Below are positions 31,312 to 42,036 of a DNA stretch of 64,000 bases, one piece after another (within the stretch, counting starts at the first letter, position 1; every line of letters starts with the position of its first letter). The notes under the pieces are model-generated. The model saw only the letters and a list, made by a program, of their open reading frames with translations. It was not told where the DNA came from and did no database searches. Source of the stretch: Mantamonas sphyraenae STR306 (taxonomy: Eukaryota > Protista > CRuMs); assembly GCA_026936335.1 (NCBI GenBank), contig JAPMXV010000017.1:1-64000 (forward strand). The letters are read 5' to 3'. The position numbers and the translations under genes were made by a program.

Positions 31312-34300
31312 ATGTCAGCCATCCTGGCGCGTTTGCGTTCTGTCCAGGAGAGACTGCTGCTCACCCTACATGCTGACAATAAGGCGGAATACAATCCAAA
31401 CCTCACCTTTGTGGATCCCGAGCGTGAGGAGGCCTTTGAGGAGTTTATGAACTCCACCTCCCGCAAGAAGGGCATCACCATCTTTGCCATCATTGCCATC
31501 CTCGGCTTCTCCTTCTTCTACTACCTCGATGTCCTCGCTGGTTTCTACGACGAAGTCACTCTCCTCTATGTCACCATCGTCCGTTTCACCACGGTGGCGG
31601 CCGTTCTCATCGGCCTGGTGAGTTTGGGTTTAACGTTTTGCTTCTCTTTCCCATTTACCACCCCCGGCCTCGTCACCCGTCCTCCACACTCCATTCCCAT
31701 CCACGTGTGCCTCCTCCGCCTTCCCCCCATCCGCTTCCCTCCACCCTCTCGCTGACCCTTGCCCCCGTCCAACGCGTCTCCCCCACCGTTCCTGATGATG
31801 TCCGCGCTCGTTTCTGGATGTGCTCCCTCCTCTGAACCCGGCCCCCACCCCCCCACAGATCCTCCTCCACACGGTCATCAAAACCAAGCAACAGTTCCAA
31901 GCCATCCAATTGGTGTTCTTTGTCCTGGTGGCCATCCTGACACGTATGATCTACGTGGTGAGTGGCTGGTGGGTTCGCCCCTGGCCTGGCTACTGGCTCG
32001 CCATCCTCTGTATGTACGTCATCATCCTGCCTGGATGGCATCGCATGTGGCGTGCAACTGTCCTCGTTGCCCTCGCACACTTCTTCCTGCCCCTCCTGTG
32101 GGACTTTCCACGTGTGCAGCGGCTCGGCGACGTCTACCTGCGCAACTTCCTCTCCACACTCTGGTCCTATGTCAACGGCCTCATTGCCAACTACATGCAC
32201 GAGCGTGTGCATCGTGCCATGTTCCTGGGTGCCATCAAACTGGTCAATGTTCAACAGCAACTTCGTGCCGAGCAGTACAGGCTGGCCGAACGTCGCTTTG
32301 GCACCGACCTTGCCATCCTCACCCAACGCGATGGCCTCAACGACAAGCTGACGCTCAAATCATGCAACATTGCACTTGTGATCCATTTGCCAACCTCTCA
32401 TCGGCTGTTGCCGTTTGCACAGATGGTGGTGGAGGAAACGGAACGGCTTGCACACCTGCGTGGGATGGAGTTCTGGCGACATTACGGCATGAGCACACTG
32501 ATGGTGGCACCATTGACACGTGGGTCTGCAGACGGACCCAAGGTGTTGCACAGTCTGATGCGCATTGTGACACAGGTGCGAGAGTTTGTGGAGAAGGAAG
32601 AGGCAACGGTGCGTGCGATGGAGAGAGAGGCACGAGCACGAGACAGACACCAACGCAGGCAACTGGAGGTGGAGGAGAAGGATGAGGATGGCGGTGATGA
32701 TGAGAAGGAGGGTGGTGGGAAGGGCAAGAGAAAGGCAAAGAAGACGACGAGCAAGAGCAAGGGCACAGAGGACGATGGGGAAGGAACAGGAGTGGTGGAG
32801 ACAGATGAGGTGGAGATTGACATGGAGCCCACAGGGACAAGGACGGAAGAGGAGGAGGACGACGAAGAAGTGACGGAGGATCTGCAGACACTGTTCCCAG
32901 TGACGACAGTGGTGAGTGTGGGTCACCCTCTGCGTCTGTACACATCGCTGAGTGCATTCAACGGATCAGCGCTGCATGGACCATGTGTGCACTACACTGT
33001 GCCTGTGGCGTTGCAAGCAGAAGCAGGGGCACAGATGGCAATGACGACCCACGAGTTTGGTGAGCCATTGGACACCAAGCAAGAGTACGAGTACACCAAG
33101 GTGGGCGAGGCCAAGGTGAATGGAGCAGCAAGTGACGATGCAAGTGAGGAGGCTGGTGTGCTGTGGGATGTCACCCTGGCAGACACCCAATCCGACGCAG
33201 GCAGTCGCACGTCACGCAACCGCGCAGCCTCAGAGGTTGACGAGGGTCTGCTCAGGCATCCGCTGCAAACCGAGTCTGTCATTGACAAGGTGCGAGCGTT
33301 GCGACGAGCAGTGGACCATTCGCAACAGGTGTGCACCACAAACGCACACAAGTGGACGTCCACCTTTTATGACCAGGCCCTGGAGGCTGACTTCCATCGA
33401 TGGGTGGCCACCAAGAACATCCCCGTCATCCAAGTGCTCATTGTCACAGGCGTCATCTTCCACACCTTTCTCGCCCTCAGTGACTTTTCCAATCTGGACG
33501 GCAGTGTGCTCACCCTGACCCTTGCCGTGCGACTGGGACTCGGCTTGCCTCTCTACATCCTCGGCTACTCCCTCACAAAGACCCCATTGTGTCGCAAGTT
33601 CTTCCAACAGTGTGTCACCACCACCGCTGCCTGTGTGCTCGCCGGCGTCACATCTCTCAACACCCTCAGCGCCTTTGTCGACGTTGCCAGCTTCCAACAC
33701 ACCCAGCTACCCGTCATGCGCTCCATGCTCCAGCTCAGTTCCTCCTTCTCGCTCACCACTCTCCATGCGGGCTCCCTCTGTGTCGCCGGTCTCTTTGTCT
33801 TTGTGGTGCCCGCTCTCGTGTCACCCGTCCCCTTCCGTCTCCTCCTCAGCGCCACCACGGTGCAGATTGTCCTCATTGTCGGTGCCACCGTGGCCAATTA
33901 CTTTCTGGAATCCTCCCGACGCACCCTGTTTATGACCATCCAACTCACCAACCTCATGGACAAACAGCGACGCGCCATCCAACCCGCCTTTGCTGGCCAC
34001 AACGAACTCCTCCACCGTCTCGACATCCCCCACGTCCAACGCATCCTCCACAAGCGCAACGTGGTCGTCCATTCACACAACACCGTCGTTCCTGTCCTCT
34101 ACCTTCCCAAGGCCACCTGCATGTACCTCCGTCCACCACCCCAGGCCTTCTTCACACCCTCCACCATCTCCAAGAACATGGCTGTGTTGGCCGAGAAGTT
34201 GACATGGATGAGCCACGAGGCAGAGGGGCTGGGCATCCACGTGGAGGCCCAGCTGGACGGTGCCCTCATGCTCGTGTCACAGTACCGTGGCGCACACGAG

Positions 34301-36863
34301 GGTCTGATGCACGAGAACAAGATGTACGACCTGGCACACATCTACACCGAGTTTGTGATGGAACAGTGCACAGACTTGCCATACACGGACGAGCAGCGTG
34401 CGGAGCAGCGATGGTTCCTTGGCGGAGTGTGCCGCGAGACAATGCTGACGGGCACAGGGGACACGGTGTCGTTTGTGGAAGGGATGGCACAGCAGCGTGC
34501 ACAAGCGTTGGCGTATGACACGTGGAGAGTGGATGCAGACCGCAACGGAGCCATCCATCACGACCCCGGCATGGAATTGCTTGGGGAAGGGTACACCACC
34601 GCCACCACCTTTGCTCAGCAACGCACCATGGCCTCGGAATCCATCCAAAACAAGGCCCACGCTTCCGTGGGCAATGTCTTGCAACAGACCGCGCGTTTCT
34701 TCACCTCGCTCATCCTGGATCCCATCCTGTTGGGTCTCACCCATCCCTTCAGCCAACGCTTCGTGGACCCAGACACCGAGGCGCAGTTCCACGAATACTT
34801 TTACCAACGCACGCTCAAGACACGCTACTGGGCCATAGTGGCATCTGTCCTGGCCACCGTCTTCTTCTACCTGGACGAGGCTCTGCTGACCGGGTACTCC
34901 GCAGAGGTGCTCACGCAGCTCCTCATCATCCGTCTCTCCTTCCTCTTTATCATTCTCATGCTTTTCATCTGTTCCATCCGTCTGCCACGCTGGGGCTGGA
35001 TGCCAAACGATGTCACCCTCCTGCAGAAACCAGGCTGGTTCTGGCTTTCCCTCATCACTGTGGATTACCTGGCCAGCGATTACATCAAACTGACACTTGG
35101 CATTCCCATCCCTGTGTCACGTGGCCTCATGCTCATGGGCCAGCTCGCCGCGGTGGGTATCGGCATGCGCTACTACAGTTATGCCACAAGTGCCATTGTC
35201 ACCTGCCTCCTCTTTATCCTGTACCAGATTGTGTTGGTGACTCCCTACCCTGCCTCTCTCCGTGTCCTCTGGAGCCTGCAGTGCATCCTCTTCTTTGCCT
35301 GCTGCTCCCTGCTCTCCTTCATCACCGAGAATCGCTTCAAGGTGGCCTTTCAGCTGCTGCGTCTGCTCCATGAACGCGACCAAACCCAAGGCAGGCAGGA
35401 CGCCCACCATGAGTCCACATACACGGTGTTGCCCGACTATGTTCATGTACCCTGGACACTGCGCAAGGGCTTTGTTGACCGCGCCCTGGAGCAACAGTAC
35501 CAACGCTACCATGCCATGCGCACCGTGGGACTCGTGCGTGCCAGCATGTTCTACACGGCCACTGTGTTCTTTCATGTACGGCGTCTCCGATTCCGTGCTC
35601 TTTGTGGGTGAACGCAGACAGCTGAATGCCATTCTTCGGTACGCCGTGGGGGTGCCCCTCTTTGCCCTTGTGTACAATTCCACCGGCTCGGCCAGTTGGA
35701 AGACGCGCATGCAACCCATGATGCTGCTGTTCAACACCGCCTACCTTCTCTTTGCCATCATCAGCTCCATCAATGCCGAGGAGCGAGCCCTGGCTGTCCA
35801 GTACGAGATTGGCATTGCCTTTACCACCATTGTGCTCATAGGCACAAACCTCGTGCACACCTTTCCCATGTTCCTCACCACCCTCCTTGTCATGGTCTTT
35901 GTCATCGTGTACACCATCCTGGCCGGCGGCATGCGCCACGCATCCTTTGTGATTGCCACCAGCGCCTTTGCACTCATCTCCAGCTCGGTGCTGGAACGCC
36001 TGTCTCGCGAGCAGTTTCTTATCCGTGTGCAACTGCTCCAGGAGGAGCTGCGTCTGCAAGAGGAGGAAGCCAAGGCTGTGGCTTCCTTGGCATCGGCTCT
36101 GGAATCCACGGCGTCCTCCTCACAGGATCTTCACGCGTCGTCTGGAAGCCAGAGCAACCTGTCTGGCAAGGACAAAGCACCCAAGGAGGATGCACGGCCG
36201 TTGCACACGGTGGACTTTGACATGGAGGATGGTGATGATGACATCGACCACCTCGAAGGAGACCGCCAGCGGGGAAACAACAACAACAACAACAACGGCA
36301 ATGGCACGCTGTTGATCGAACGACACGCAGAGGTGGCGGAACAGCTTGTGACCATGGACACCATTGTGATGCGCAAACGCATGCTTGCATTGGTCCAATC
36401 ACGCGACGACGCCGAGTACCGTCGCTCACACATCGAACGGGCACAGACTCGGCCTGCCACAACTGCGCATGCATCCTCACGCAACGAGGAGATGGCGGTC
36501 ATCAAAGCCAACCACGATGATAGAGACGGTGGTGATGAGGACAAGGATGACGTGGCAAACACCGACGACAAAGTCAGTACGATGAACCACAGCAATAGTC
36601 ATGCGGCTGACAATGACAGCGACGATGATGACGAGGATGTACACATGCCGGATAGCACTCATGACACCATTTGGGTGGACAAGGCTGGTGCACACATATT
36701 TGCCTTTCTGCAACCTGGGTCCAAGCGTCTGCAGCTGCTCATCACCTCCATGTCCATCAGCTATCGACAGTTGGTGGGCTATGAAGGCGACGAAGGCAGT
36801 CGCAAGGAGCAAATGGGTCTGGATTTTGCAAAGGCCTCCATCCGTGAGCGCATCGTCTTCTAA
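31312..36863 (+). CDS. Very large multi-pass membrane protein, paralog A: four adenylyl-cyclase-type membrane modules and two degenerate cyclase-like domains; intron 31618-31858; probable frameshift ~35571
   Basis: ORFs 31288-31755, 31820-35611 and 35262-36863 join. Four F.D..(L)E..F/Y motifs, each followed by ~6 hydrophobic helices and E...R..F. Colinear with paralog B. Confidence 0.8.
32162..33209 (+). repeat. Near-identical tract 1 (1048 bp) shared with 42999-44046
   Basis: About 9 substitutions and no indels by eye. Confidence 0.95.
34196..34594 (+). repeat. Near-identical tract 2 (399 bp) shared with 45040-45438
   Basis: About 4 substitutions and no indels by eye. Confidence 0.95.
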
Positions 36864-36903
36864 ACGAATGAACCAATGTACTGTAACACCACCAGTTGAT
36901 CAC

Positions 36904-38790
36904 TCACTCAGCTTTTGCTTTTCCCTTTCCATTGTCCTCGTTCACCGCCACGTGACTGATGGCGTTGGCTTGGTCTTGTTTCCGCCTCTTGGTCTTTCGG
37001 ACAAGCATGGCCACATTGGCCAGCAGCGCACAGAGGACCAGGAAAAGGCACCCCATGAGCCACTGCATGATATCTGCATCGACGAACAAGGACAGCAGGA
37101 ACAGACTCACGAACACCAAGGCCATTTGCCAGGCGAGAAACGAGTACTCCTCCTTGACACACAACACCAGCAAGCCGATGTAGTCGTTGCGTTCCAAGCA
37201 TCCCCACACCAGCTCACCCATGCTCTCCACTACCTCGCTGTGCGTCGTGTTTGCCCCATAGTATCTCTTGCGAAGTGCCAACGCTTCCGTGTGTGTCTTT
37301 TGCGCCTCGTCCAATCGCCCTGCCTTCCTGTATGCAATTCCCAGTTGTGTCAAGGTAAAGGCAAGGTCACCCGGGTCCACCGGGTCCACTACCCCTTGCG
37401 CACGACGAAACGCGGCCACTGCCTCCTTGAACGCCTGAATGGCCTCTTCAAAGTTGTCCTCGGCAACGTGTGTGTACGCGATGTTGTGCAGCATTCGGGC
37501 CAACTGCGGATGTGCATCGCCATGCAAGGTGCGCAGGACGTCACATGCACGTGTGTAAAAGTCGCGTGCGCGTGCATACTCGCCGTTGTCGCTGTGCACG
37601 CTGCCCAGGTTCCCAAACGCATTGGCCACCATCGGGTGCAGGTTCGTCCGATGCAGGTTCTGCGCGATCTCCAAAGCCTTGCCAAACCACTGTTTGGCCT
37701 CTTCGAAATCCCTGTTGGACGCATGTGCAAAGGCAAGGCGTTCCACAACCTCAAGAACATCCTCATCGACGTCGGTGCCCACCACCTGCCGTACATGTTG
37801 CAACTGTGTGTCCAGAATGGCAATGGACTCTTCAGCCAGTCCCATGCGGTCCTTGACATCCGCAATGGCCACACGCGCCTTGACCACCATGGGATGCTGG
37901 TCGTCGTTGCCGTAGAGGCGCAGGTACATGGGCAACACCTCGTTTTCCAACAGATCCAACGCCATCACAAGGTTTCCCGAACGAACCAATGCCATTTTCA
38001 GGTTCATCAGCTCATCTGCTTCCTTTGCACTGTCCCTGTTCCTGTGTGCGCTGCGTTGTAGGTTCGCCGCCTCTTCAAACATGGTGCATGCACGCTTGTA
38101 ATCGCCCATGGTCACGCACACCACACCCATGTTGTGGTAACTTTCTATCACATCCTGGTTTGCCCTGCTGCCAAAGATTTTCTCGGCAATGCTGGCCGAT
38201 TCGGTGTGCAGATCCAGCGCAAGTGCGTAGTGGCCCAGATTCTGGTGGGCAATCGCTAGGTTATTCAAGGACGCCGCCACATCCCGGTGGAGGTTCCCAT
38301 ACACACGACGACGGATGTTCAATGCCTGCTTGTGCATCTCCAGGCACTCACGGTGCTGGCCCAGCGCCTCCAACACGTGAGCCCGTTTGCTGAGCAGCAC
38401 CGCAATCTCTGGGTGCATCTCCCCTTCCAATATGCTCCGCTTCACTTCCAACACTTGATCGCACAGTTCCAGGGCCTCTTCCCATCGTCCCTGCCGTGCA
38501 CACTGCTCAAACAACCGGTACACGCTGCCCGCTCGTGCCACTGCGTCTCGACGCAGCTGTGATTGCCACACGTGGATTTGATTCGCACGAAGCTGTGTGT
38601 CTGTGACACCTGCCCTGTCCATCAATGCAATCCAGTCGTCCTCTGTGTCCACAGAGTCCAGAAACTCCATGGCAAGTTTGCCTTCTTCCGCCACCTGGTT
38701 GATGATCCGATCGGTGACCCCCAGCGTCAACAGCACCACCTTCAACTCCTCCGACGACTCACATTGCAACACCCTGTGCACAGATTCCAT
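36904..38790 (-). CDS. TPR-repeat protein (kinesin-light-chain/nephrocystin-3-type 42-aa TPRs) with a small helical N-terminal domain and C-terminal TM segments
   Basis: HPEIA, HRDVAASLNNLA, HPMVANAFGNLG and HPQLARMLHNIA repeats; hydrophobic C-terminus. Confidence 0.85.
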   Translation of the reverse strand: MESVHRVLQCESSEELKVVLLTLGVTDRIINQVAEEGKLAMEFLDSVDTEDDWIALMDRAGVTDTQLRANQIHVWQSQLRRDAVARAGSVYRLFEQCARQGRWEEALELCDQVLEVKRSILEGEMHPEIAVLLSKRAHVLEALGQHRECLEMHKQALNIRRRVYGNLHRDVAASLNNLAIAHQNLGHYALALDLHTESASIAEKIFGSRANQDVIESYHNMGVVCVTMGDYKRACTMFEEAANLQRSAHRNRDSAKEADELMNLKMALVRSGNLVMALDLLENEVLPMYLRLYGNDDQHPMVVKARVAIADVKDRMGLAEESIAILDTQLQHVRQVVGTDVDEDVLEVVERLAFAHASNRDFEEAKQWFGKALEIAQNLHRTNLHPMVANAFGNLGSVHSDNGEYARARDFYTRACDVLRTLHGDAHPQLARMLHNIAYTHVAEDNFEEAIQAFKEAVAAFRRAQGVVDPVDPGDLAFTLTQLGIAYRKAGRLDEAQKTHTEALALRKRYYGANTTHSEVVESMGELVWGCLERNDYIGLLVLCVKEEYSFLAWQMALVFVSLFLLSLFVDADIMQWLMGCLFLVLCALLANVAMLVRKTKRRKQDQANAISHVAVNEDNGKGKAKAE

Positions 38791-38866
38791 GGTGACGGCA
38801 ATTTTTGGCAATGCGGTGTGGCAATGGGTCCTTTTGTTGGCGCAGGCGCAAGCGCACGACTCAACT

Positions 38867-40338
38867 TCATTCAACTTTCTTCTTCACCACCAGCGAATAC
38901 AGTTGACCCAGGAACAAACGATCTCGCAACCAAATGGTAACGAGGAGAAGGAGGGCAACAGCAGCAGCCACCCCAAGGCGAATAATCATGCCCAGAGCCA
39001 CCTGGTGTGCCCAAGCCTCGGCATAGGCGGCAGCAACAGAAAGCAGAGCCAAGGCGACCAGAACGACGGTGTCAGGAACCACGTCTGCGAGACGCCAGGA
39101 GACAGATCGACGTGCGAAAAAGGCACGGATGAACCAAACGTTGTAGGCAATGCGAGAGGCCATGTTGATGCAGTTTGCAAGCACGAGGCCGACGTTGCCG
39201 TATGTGTCGAGGAGGAGCCAGCAAGCGGTGACGTACACCAGGGAAAACGCGAGCATGAGGAGGTTGTAGCGACGCATCTGAGTCTCTGTGCCCACGGCAT
39301 GCACAAACGCTTCGCTGACACCGTTGAGGGCCATGGTACAGACGTAGATGCAGTAATATGCCAGGACGGTGGGTGCCTCTGTGGCGCTCCATTTGGCACC
39401 GTAGAGCAGATGCATGAGGAGGCCTGCGTACTGGAAGCCCAGCACGGCAATGACGAACCCCACGAGCATCATGAGCTTGAGGAGGATGGAAAGCACACGC
39501 GAGGCAGTGCGCACTTGTGCCAGGGCTGCCTGGTCCGGTTGCGCACCCACCAGCTTGCTGAACAGTGCGGTGGCAGTCTCCTCCACGGGTTGGAACAGCA
39601 AACGGGCCAACAATGAGCCCAGATTGGCCACAAGGGCATACACGCCCTGTTTGGCAGGGGTTGCCACGGCCACCAGCATAAACTGCTCGCCACTGGACAG
39701 CAGCAGCTTCTCCACCGCCTGGTTGGAGTAGGACATGACGTAGGCCAGGGTGGGAGCATGCAAGCCATGCGAGGCAAGTGCAGCCGGAAGCAGGTGACGC
39801 ACGGAGCGAATGCCGTGGGCGGCCAGCGTTGGTAAGGCAGAGGTGTGGCGTGCAAAATAGGCCCAATACAGCACGAGAATGGTCAATCCATACGCCAGCA
39901 TGGCATAGGCATAGGCCAGAAGGCCCATGTGGGCATGGTGGACAAGTAGGTACGTCGTGGCACACCGTACCACCACTGCAGCCGTCTCAATCACCAGCCG
40001 TGGTGTATACAGAAACAGGTTCTGGGCCACAATGTACAACGGCTCAGCCAGCATCTCGGCAGCCACGGCCAGGGCAAACAACACCAGGGTCCACGCATAC
40101 TCCTGCTGCTCGATCCCCTGCGGAGGTGTGCGGAACAAGGCCATGACACCCAACGATGCCACTGTCGACGTCAATGGCACCAACCATGTGACGTTGACCA
40201 CGGCTGCCAGCGGCGTCTTGCCCGGCTGACCCAAATCCGTGCGCAGACACGCTCGTCGGAAGGTCTCCCGTGCCAGCAGCGACACCGTCACCAGCATCAG
40301 CTGCAACTGTACATTGGCCACCTGGGGAAAGCCAGGAT

Positions 40339-40377
<39 letters not shown>

Positions 40378-40787
40378 GGGGAGTGGCGTGGCATGGTGAC
40401 GTGGCATTGGGGAATTGGGGGGGTCAGATGATGACGTCGAAGGGTGGCAGCAGCGGTTGGCAAAGAACGCAACAACGCACCCCATACACGGCCGGATCGA
40501 CAGACCGTGCGATCAGCAAATTAAAGACAAAAGTGACGAGTTTGGAAGCGAGTTGGAGCACTGTTGGCAGAGGCGGACAGCGTGTGTCGTGTTGTCAGTG
40601 TCAGTCGTTGATCTCTTCTACTCTTGCTTGCCTTCTGCAGGCCGGTCTTACCAATGAGGTGTGGCAGTCCACCCATGGCCTGTCCCACCACCTGACTACT
40701 ATCATGGCCCTTCTCCTCTTCTTCCTGTGTTTGCGTTGTGCCTGAGGAACGGACGCTGCCTGCGTCGTCGCCACCTTCGTCGTCCAT
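38867..40787 (-). CDS. RFT1: RFT1 family ER membrane protein (two 5' introns)
   Basis: Spliced exon LQLASKLVTFVFNLLIAR, then RETFRRACLR, GVYALVANLGSLLARLLFQPVEE, MALNGVSEAF and GLVLANCINM. Confidence 0.93.
40342..40375. repeat. (CA)n microsatellite in an RFT1 intron; similar (CA)n/(GT)n/(GA)n tracts at ~25895-25921, 40958-40988, 51097-51121 and 51412-51441
   Basis: Directly visible dinucleotide runs, mostly intronic or intergenic. Confidence 0.95.
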
Positions 40788-40941
40788 GTTGCCTCCAGGC
40801 GCGCACACACTCATCCACCCCTCCTTCCTCCACCCATCACTTGGATACAAGACGCGATGTGTGCATTCAACACCCCGCCACAATCAACGGTCGACTGGAA
40901 AACCCAGAAAATTCATTCGCATCCCTGTGCGCTCTGCAGAT

Positions 40942-40954
40942 TTAGCGGTACTGT

Positions 40955-40991
<37 letters not shown>

Positions 40992-41299
40992 GACGTGTGA
41001 GTAATCCCCTGGTTGTTGTTTTGTCCCCAACGCACACACAATGCCAGGAGTGCACGCGCCCGAGACGTGTGCACGAGGCAAGGGAAGAACCGCCGCGAGG
41101 TGGTCGTGGGGAGAAATTCGTGCATGCACACGAGGCAACGTACCTTGTAGAAGCCAATGTCGTTGGCGTACTCGCGGAAGCAGCGGCGGCAGATCATCAG
41201 ATCATACTTGCGGATGAGGCCACGGCGCGACTTGCAGACGCGGCACGAGCGCGAGCCAGGTCCGTACTTCTTGGGGTGGGTGTTCCAGGTCGTGGGCAT
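40942..41299 (-). CDS. RPS29: 40S ribosomal protein S29 (uS14); intron 40951-41143; probable 5'-UTR intron 41300-41815
   Basis: [15 protein letters not shown]...[26 protein letters not shown]|YR*; gtacgt...cccacag intron. Confidence 0.97.
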
Positions 41300-42036
41300 C
41301 TGAGGCAAAATTGAAAGGGCAGACCCAGAAAAAACACGCAGCACAGGTCACACAGTCCAGTGTCAGCCCATTGTTGACGGTGCAATGCCACACTCCACTC
41401 CATTCCCATCCATGCATATCCTCTGAATGGCCAGGGGAGGCTCGCGTGCCTTTGCAGCGCGCCTCTTTGGCGCCTTGGGCCAAGGAGGCATTGCATGCAT
41501 GTGTGTCGCCTCTTTTGCGCCCCCTCTCATGACACAGGGGTGCTGGTACAGTGTACACAGGTCACGCCTATGGACACATACACAAGGAAGCCCATGCGCG
41601 TGCTTCCCATGTGTCTGCTGTCCGTGTGCGTGCACCGCAGCGCTCGGAGGGTGTGGAAAAGCGCTTTGGCTCTGCGCCCTCATTGCACACCCTCCTCACA
41701 CGCCTGCCCGCCCTTGGTTACACTCTGCACATCCCATGCGCTCACACACACTCGCTCCCACACACACAGCACCACGCTTGTCACATGTGCTGTTCATCAC
41801 TACGCGTTCACTCACATTTGTTTCAGGTGCTTTGTGCTGAGCACACACGCGCCTCTCCACTCCATCCAACCCAACGTTCCCTTGCACGGCACACACACCC
41901 GGGAGGAATCCAACCAGCGTTTGCACCTCATCTCGCTACCCCCAATCTCTTCCCGTCTCTCTCGCTTGGGCACAAAAGGAACCATCCAACCCCCAAACAA
42001 AAATCCAGACATCAGGAATCGCCGCACGCGCCCGCA

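Noticed and set aside
31790-31840. TGATGA...CTGA in the intron of paralog A as a C/D-box snoRNA
   Set aside because: Only ~45 nt, no clear internal boxes or guide, and the CTGA lies where a branch-site-like motif is expected.
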